From sequence record DRR378314_1424: DNA of 20,000 bases. One strand, given 5' to 3'. The notes beneath the pieces were generated by a model. It saw only the letters and a list, made by a program, of their open reading frames with translations. It did not search any database and was not told the origin of the DNA. Positions within the stretch are counted from its first letter, which is position 1. Every line of letters begins with the position of its first letter. Both the position numbers and the translations under genes were made by a program. This document shows positions 14,820 to 20,000 of this stretch, piece after piece.

Positions 14820-15125
14820 TCAGGGCGACAGTTCACTTTCCGCCAGAAGGGCCGCCCAAGAGGCCCCGTGAATATCGCGATCCATCCGCGCGCCCTGAAT
14901 AAAGGGGCGCGGCAGGCTGAACTTGACGACGTTCAAATCAGCGATATCAAAACGTTTGATCTCTTGGGTCGCGACATCAAAGACCTGCGCGACCTGACGG
15001 GTGGATAGGGTATTAACAACCTGATCATAAACATCTGAATCACCACAGAAAATATCAATGGTCAGCCAAAACGGCCCGGCATTCTTGCTGCGGACTTTCT
15101 GTACAATGTCACCCAACCTAGCCAA
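14820..15125 (-). CDS. DUF4387-family small protein (AtuA-associated)
   Basis: VRSKNAGPFWLTIDIF and DRDIHG motifs. TTG start follows GGAGG and overlaps the upstream stop. Confidence 0.8.
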   Translation of the reverse strand: MARLGDIVQKVRSKNAGPFWLTIDIFCGDSDVYDQVVNTLSTRQVAQVFDVATQEIKRFDIADLNVVKFSLPRPFIQGARMDRDIHGASWAALLAESELSP

Positions 15126-16473
15126 TTTCATGCACCTCCAATGTGAAAGCATCCATCGGATTCTCGAGCTGCAGAACATGGTTCAGCGTAAATTCAAACA
15201 CCTCTCCGCGTGGCATTTCAGGCGGCGAGAAAAGAAAGGCGAAGGTCGGCACCTCTTCTTCCTGTGTCAAAGGATGATGCAGCAGGTAGGGGTTCAGCAG
15301 CTTGGCAATTTCCTGTGACAGGCCTTCGGATTTGGCCGTCACAATACCCATCGCGCAAATCTCTGTCGGGGTGATTTGTTTGGTTTCAAGCATCCCGAAA
15401 CTTGCAGAGTGCCCAAGCAGCCGGATTTCAATCGAAAAGGCATCGGCTTCCAGATGCAGACGGTCCACTACCTTGGCGCTGCATTTCCCGACAATGTCAT
15501 CTGCCCAGATCTGGGCATTCTGCACATATCTTTCATCCCGCAACAGCGCCATGGTCACGGTTTGAAACCCCGCGCCGCGCGCGCCTTCCAGCTTGACGGT
15601 ATAGCGCTCTGACGGCACCCATTCCGATCCGGTGACGCGCACGGATGTATCATTCAGCGGTTGATATTTCGCTTTGGAAACATCCAGATACCCGCCCGGT
15701 TCATGCAGAATAAAGGGGTCCGAATTTTCATAGAGCATATGTGCCGAAACTGTATGCGGGGTGGCCTTTGCCCCATCTGCAAGCGGCGTCACGGTGAAGC
15801 CTTCCGCATCAAAATCGATCAGGATCACACCTGATTGCGGATTGGTCGCACATAGCGCCCCACATTCGCCGATCTTGGCCCCATGCCAAGCGCCACCAGC
15901 ATGGCAGCCTCTCTGTAGAGGCAGCGCTGCGATGATCGCCGTATCCGTTGTGCGCCCTGCAATGATGATATCCGCCCCGGTGTTAAGCGCCTCGGTAATC
16001 TGTTCCGCCCCGGCAAGGGCAACAATATTGCTACAGCTTTCGATCAGCGCGGCATCGACATCCGGCGCGTTTGGCAAGGGCGTCACGCGCCCCTGCGTAA
16101 AGGCTTGGGCCATTTCTGCGGGGTGTTGTGAACTGCGCAGAACGGCGACCTTAACCGGGCGGCCTTGCTCGGCTGCGATCTCGCGGGTGATGTCAAGCAT
16201 CCAGTCCACGGCGCTGTCCGCCCCGCAGGTGCCTGCCGTGCCGATCACCAAGGGACAGCCGGCATCGGCCCGCGCCTGCATCAGCCCAGCCCATTCCACC
16301 TTGGTCGAGCTGCGGGCATATTTTGACATGCCCCGCCCCAGATAGGCAGGGCCGCTGTCGGTTGAACCACCGTCAATTGCAATGATATAGGGCTTCGCCG
16401 CGATACCCCGCTGCAAAGCCACGGCATCATAGTTCAGACCCAAGGCACCGGAAGGAACAAGCACACGTACCAT
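15118..16473 (-). CDS. AtuA-family (DUF1446, acyclic terpene utilisation-like) protein
   Basis: PSGALG, DGGSTDSGPAYLG, GADIIIAGRTTD, WHGAKIGECGA and AHMLYENSDP motifs. TGATG coupling to tctA. Confidence 0.85.
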   Translation of the reverse strand: MVRVLVPSGALGLNYDAVALQRGIAAKPYIIAIDGGSTDSGPAYLGRGMSKYARSSTKVEWAGLMQARADAGCPLVIGTAGTCGADSAVDWMLDITREIAAEQGRPVKVAVLRSSQHPAEMAQAFTQGRVTPLPNAPDVDAALIESCSNIVALAGAEQITEALNTGADIIIAGRTTDTAIIAALPLQRGCHAGGAWHGAKIGECGALCATNPQSGVILIDFDAEGFTVTPLADGAKATPHTVSAHMLYENSDPFILHEPGGYLDVSKAKYQPLNDTSVRVTGSEWVPSERYTVKLEGARGAGFQTVTMALLRDERYVQNAQIWADDIVGKCSAKVVDRLHLEADAFSIEIRLLGHSASFGMLETKQITPTEICAMGIVTAKSEGLSQEIAKLLNPYLLHHPLTQEEEVPTFAFLFSPPEMPRGEVFEFTLNHVLQLENPMDAFTLEVHEIG

Positions 16474-17978
16474 CAATCCGTTACCGCCTGTGGCTTCTTG
16501 AGGATACCGCGCAGGAACATCGGTGCGACAAACCCCGCCACCGCCGCAATCCACAAGCCAATCGCAATCGGGCTGGAAAAGAGATAGGTCACATCACCAT
16601 CCGACAGGGTCATCGCCCGGCGCAGCGCGTCTTCCATATTCCCGCCCAACAGGATGCCAAGGATCACCGGCACAGTTGGAATATCCAGTTTGCGCAGGAA
16701 ATACCCAAGCACCCCAAAAGCCACCATCAACAGCAGATCGAAATAGCTGCCGGACAGTGAATAAATCCCGACGAAAGAAATCATCGTGACTCCGGGCAAC
16801 AGAATCCACGCTGGCACCATCAGAATTTTCACAAAGATCTTCACCATCGGCACGTTCATCAGCAACAGGACCACATTGGCGATCAATAGGGAGGCGATCA
16901 GCCCCCAGACAACCTCTGGTCGGTCGGTGAACAAGGTCGGACCGGGCGTGATGTTAAGCGTCATCAATAGCGCCAGCAGCACCGCCGTTGTGCCTGAACC
17001 GGGCACACCCAAGGTCAGCATCGGCACCAGCGCCCCGCCTGCCGCCGCATTGTTCCCTGCTTCTGGCGCCGCAATCCCTTTGGGCACGCCGGTGCCAAAA
17101 CCACCCTTTTCACCAGCAATGGATTTCTCTGTCATATAGGCAAGGAAAGATCCCAATGACGCCCCGGCCCCCGGCAGGATACCTGCAACAAACCCCACAC
17201 CAGAGGCGCGCAGCATCGTCCATTTGCTATGCCAGATGTCCGTCCATGGGATGCGCACCTTATCAAGGATCACCCCGATCGACGATCCCTTGCCATGGGA
17301 TTCGATAAAGAAAAACAATTCGGCTACGGCAAACAGCCCGACGATGGCCACTAGGAAATCAATACCGTCAAACAGATGCAGGTTGCCCCCCGTCAGACGC
17401 GGCAGTCCCGATGATTGGTCCACGCCAATCATCGCAATACCCAGCCCGATACAGGCAGCAAGTGCGGCCTTGGCCTGATTGTTCGACGCCATGCCACCCA
17501 ACGTGCAAAAGGCAAGCAGGTAGAGGGCAAAATACTCCGCAGGCCCAAAAAGGAACGCCACACGGGCCAATGAGGGGGCCAGCAGCATCAACCCCACGGT
17601 GGCCAGCAAGGCACCGACAAAAGAGGCAACACCGGATAGCACCAAGGCATCCCCTGCCCGTCCCGCCTTGGCCATCGGATAGCCATCCAGCGTAGTCATC
17701 AAGGCAGGCTCATCTCCGGGAATGTTCAGCAGAATCGAACTGATCCGCCCGCCATACATCGCGCCGTAGTAGACCGATGTCATCAGCACCAATGCCGATG
17801 TGGCATCAAGCCCCAACGTAAAGGTGATTGGGATCAGGATCGCCACACCGTTGGACGGGCCAAGCCCAGGCAGAGCCCCGATGATGGTGCCAAGGAAACA
17901 TCCACAGACCGCAAGGAATAATGTGTAGGGCGACAAGGCCACGGTAAACCCCAAGGCGAGGTTGGCTAGGATATCCAT
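16473..17978 (-). CDS. tctA: Tripartite tricarboxylate transporter large permease TctA
   Basis: GALPGLG, YYGAMYGGRISSILLNIPG and APEAGNNA...TLGVPGS motifs; multiple TM helices. Confidence 0.95.
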   Translation of the reverse strand: MDILANLALGFTVALSPYTLFLAVCGCFLGTIIGALPGLGPSNGVAILIPITFTLGLDATSALVLMTSVYYGAMYGGRISSILLNIPGDEPALMTTLDGYPMAKAGRAGDALVLSGVASFVGALLATVGLMLLAPSLARVAFLFGPAEYFALYLLAFCTLGGMASNNQAKAALAACIGLGIAMIGVDQSSGLPRLTGGNLHLFDGIDFLVAIVGLFAVAELFFFIESHGKGSSIGVILDKVRIPWTDIWHSKWTMLRASGVGFVAGILPGAGASLGSFLAYMTEKSIAGEKGGFGTGVPKGIAAPEAGNNAAAGGALVPMLTLGVPGSGTTAVLLALLMTLNITPGPTLFTDRPEVVWGLIASLLIANVVLLLMNVPMVKIFVKILMVPAWILLPGVTMISFVGIYSLSGSYFDLLLMVAFGVLGYFLRKLDIPTVPVILGILLGGNMEDALRRAMTLSDGDVTYLFSSPIAIGLWIAAVAGFVAPMFLRGILKKPQAVTD

Positions 17979-17979
17979 T

Positions 17980-18468
17980 TCAGTGCCCCACAAACGGAAT
18001 AAGAACGGTCAGCGCATTCCACAATTTTTCAACCGTCGGGATGCGATAGGCCACGATATTGCCAAGGCCCAGCGCGTATTTGAACAGAACAAACAGCCCC
18101 AGGGACAGGCCGATGCCAGAAAACACCGACGGGCCTGGCCGGTCGGAAATCTGATAGCTGAGAATACCGGCGGCAATCATCGTTGGCAGGATGAAACCCA
18201 AGGGTGTCAGCATCACCGCGTAAATCGCCAGCACAAGAACCGCGATCCCCATCGAAAGAAAGGTGCGCGCGGCAGGCCAGTCAGGATCAGGGTCGGGTTT
18301 GAATACCATCACCAGCGAACTGATGGCCGCAACACAGCCGATCATAATCGGAAAGAGTTTCGGCAGGAATTCACCAGAAAAGAAATTTGTCTGGATCTGA
18401 GTGGCAGCCGCGATATACGCGACTGCCGTGATCAGTGTGACCAGACCGAACAGACGGTCTGATGCCAT
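17980..18468 (-). CDS. tctB: Tripartite tricarboxylate transporter small permease TctB
   Basis: 162-aa hydrophobic protein between tctC and tctA, with PKLFP and LGF motifs. Confidence 0.88.
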   Translation of the reverse strand: MASDRLFGLVTLITAVAYIAAATQIQTNFFSGEFLPKLFPIMIGCVAAISSLVMVFKPDPDPDWPAARTFLSMGIAVLVLAIYAVMLTPLGFILPTMIAAGILSYQISDRPGPSVFSGIGLSLGLFVLFKYALGLGNIVAYRIPTVEKLWNALTVLIPFVGH

Positions 18469-19448
18469 TACTGTGTCACTCCAAGCTCTTTGGACATGGC
18501 AGCAATATCGCTTACCAGACCATCAACATAGGATTGGAAATCACCGCCCACTTTGGTGAAAGGTGCCAAACCGTTGTCTGCCATTGCCTTGGCCCACTCC
18601 GGGCTGTCTGCAACCTGCTGCAGCTTGCCTGCCCATTCGTCAAACCGCTCATCCGAAATGCCCTTGGGCACATAGAGTCCACGCCAGTTAACCGCCACGA
18701 CATCGTAGCCTTGCTCTTTTGCTGTCGGGATATCGTCAAACCCCGGTACCCGTTCGTCGGTCAGTACGGCAATAACGCGAATCTCACCATTGGACAAAAA
18801 GCTGACAACCTCGGACATATCGCCGGTCATCGCTTGCGTGAACCCGCCAACCGTTTGAGTGATCGCATCCGCGCCACCATCAACACCAATGTATTTGACC
18901 TTTCTGATGTCGGTGAACCCGGCCTTTTGCAGGATCATCAACGGCTTCATGTGGTCAAAGCCCCCAACAGCCGAACCACCGGCAAAAGCGACAGAGCCGG
19001 GGTCGGCCTTGATCGCATCAACCATATCACCCAGCGTCTGGATCGGACTGTCTGCCGCAACCACAATGACACCGGGATCCGCCCCAATCGCGCCGACAAA
19101 ACGTACCTGATCTGCGGTCATACCTGCATAGGCATTCTGCGCCAGACGGGTGGTTGTGGCGGATGACGCCGCAACGATCAGATCCGCGTCGTCATTGCGT
19201 TCATTGACAACATTACCATAGGCGAGGCCACCACCCGCACCGGGCATATTGGTGACCTGCACGGGCTTATCCACTGCGCCGATATCAAACATGATCTTGC
19301 CGATCTGGCGGCAGGTAAAATCCCAGCCACCACCGGGGTTGGCAGGTGCAATACACTCAGCAGCGGATACAGAAGTCGCGGCAAAGCCGCTCGCTGAGGC
19401 GGCGACAACAGCAGTTGTCAAAAGTGCTTTGAAAAAGCGTTTGGTCAT
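18468..19448 (-). CDS. tctC: Tripartite tricarboxylate transporter substrate-binding protein TctC
   Basis: Signal peptide; CIAPANPGGGWDFTCR, NMPGAGG, PTAKEQG and NWRG motifs. GGGAGG RBS upstream of the ATG at 19448. Confidence 0.95.
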   Translation of the reverse strand: MTKRFFKALLTTAVVAASASGFAATSVSAAECIAPANPGGGWDFTCRQIGKIMFDIGAVDKPVQVTNMPGAGGGLAYGNVVNERNDDADLIVAASSATTTRLAQNAYAGMTADQVRFVGAIGADPGVIVVAADSPIQTLGDMVDAIKADPGSVAFAGGSAVGGFDHMKPLMILQKAGFTDIRKVKYIGVDGGADAITQTVGGFTQAMTGDMSEVVSFLSNGEIRVIAVLTDERVPGFDDIPTAKEQGYDVVAVNWRGLYVPKGISDERFDEWAGKLQQVADSPEWAKAMADNGLAPFTKVGGDFQSYVDGLVSDIAAMSKELGVTQ

Positions 19449-19507
19449 TGGTTCCTCCCATTTGGCAACCGCGATTCCATCCGCGGTTGTTGTCACCAAA
19501 CGCTATC

Positions 19508-19528
19508 AACCTGTCATGAACCTGTCAT
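19508..19528. promoter_or_regulatory. 11-bp-period direct repeat (OmpR/PhoB-family binding site) upstream of tctC
   Basis: AACCTGTCAT-G-AACCTGTCAT, two perfect 10-mers one helical turn apart. Confidence 0.65.
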
Positions 19529-19729
19529 TCAAAACTATTTAGGTGGGTATTTGTACTTTTCACCCGTCATGGCCGGCAGGCGAATGCCCTGCCCCGGATA
19601 GCGACCATCCCGGACCGCCCCGCTGTCTCTTTCCCGCAACGCCAGAAACAGAACGCCGATATGTAACATCCAGCGGTTCAGTCACGCCTGCGCGAGAACC
19701 TGTTTAGGCGCTCTCGCGCCAGCCGAAGG

Positions 19730-20000
19730 TCACCCCATCACTTGGCTGATGCCGAAGAAGATCGTCGCAGAGAGCACCGCCGCCGCCGGAACGGTGATCA
19801 CCCAGGCCGCGAGGATCGTCATCACATGTGAACGGCGCACAAGTTTGCGGCGTCTGCGTTCCTCTGGCCCGTATGTGGTTTGGTCTGGCATCGCCAGCCG
19901 CGCCTTGCGAATCCGCCGCTCTGCATCCCATTCGCGGAAAAACCCGACACCGAAAACACCGCCCACCGCAATATGGGTGGAGCTGACCGGCAGGCCCAGC
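19730..20000 (-). CDS. Inorganic phosphate transporter (PiT/PHO4 family), 3' end only
   Basis: LGLPVSSTHIAVGGVFGVG signature and C-terminal AAWVITVP helix. Confidence 0.9.
   Translation of the reverse strand, partial: LGLPVSSTHIAVGGVFGVGFFREWDAERRIRKARLAMPDQTTYGPEERRRRKLVRRSHVMTILAAWVITVPAAAVLSATIFFGISQVMG

Noticed and set aside
1-20000. CRISPR array, tRNA/rRNA, transposase or integrase
   Set aside because: No repeat-spacer periodicity, RNA gene signatures or mobile-element motifs were seen.

Overview
Alphaproteobacterial window, probably Rhodobacteraceae/Roseobacter-like (inferred from gene content and codon style). From left to right it contains: the 3' end of a hypothetical gene; a SAM-class III cyclase-AAA(STAND)-TPR gene; a tightly overlapping five-gene minus-strand operon (12188->4332); a CHASE histidine kinase with a stand-alone receiver; a tctCBA-AtuA(DUF1446)-DUF4387 operon; and the 3' end of a Pit phosphate transporter. 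The five-gene operon is the highlight. It encodes a BBE-type FAD oxidase, a LodA/GoxA-like quinoprotein split cleanly into two genes (the cofactor half fused to a ferritin-like domain), an RRE-radical SAM/SPASM enzyme, and a LodB/QhpG-like flavoprotein. The four cysteines of the cofactor half lie in motifs that parallel the thioether/CTQ cysteines of QhpC, suggesting a hybrid of the two known CTQ systems. A perfect CtrA box lies just upstream of the operon. All family assignments come from motif recognition and recall of family consensus, not from database searches.
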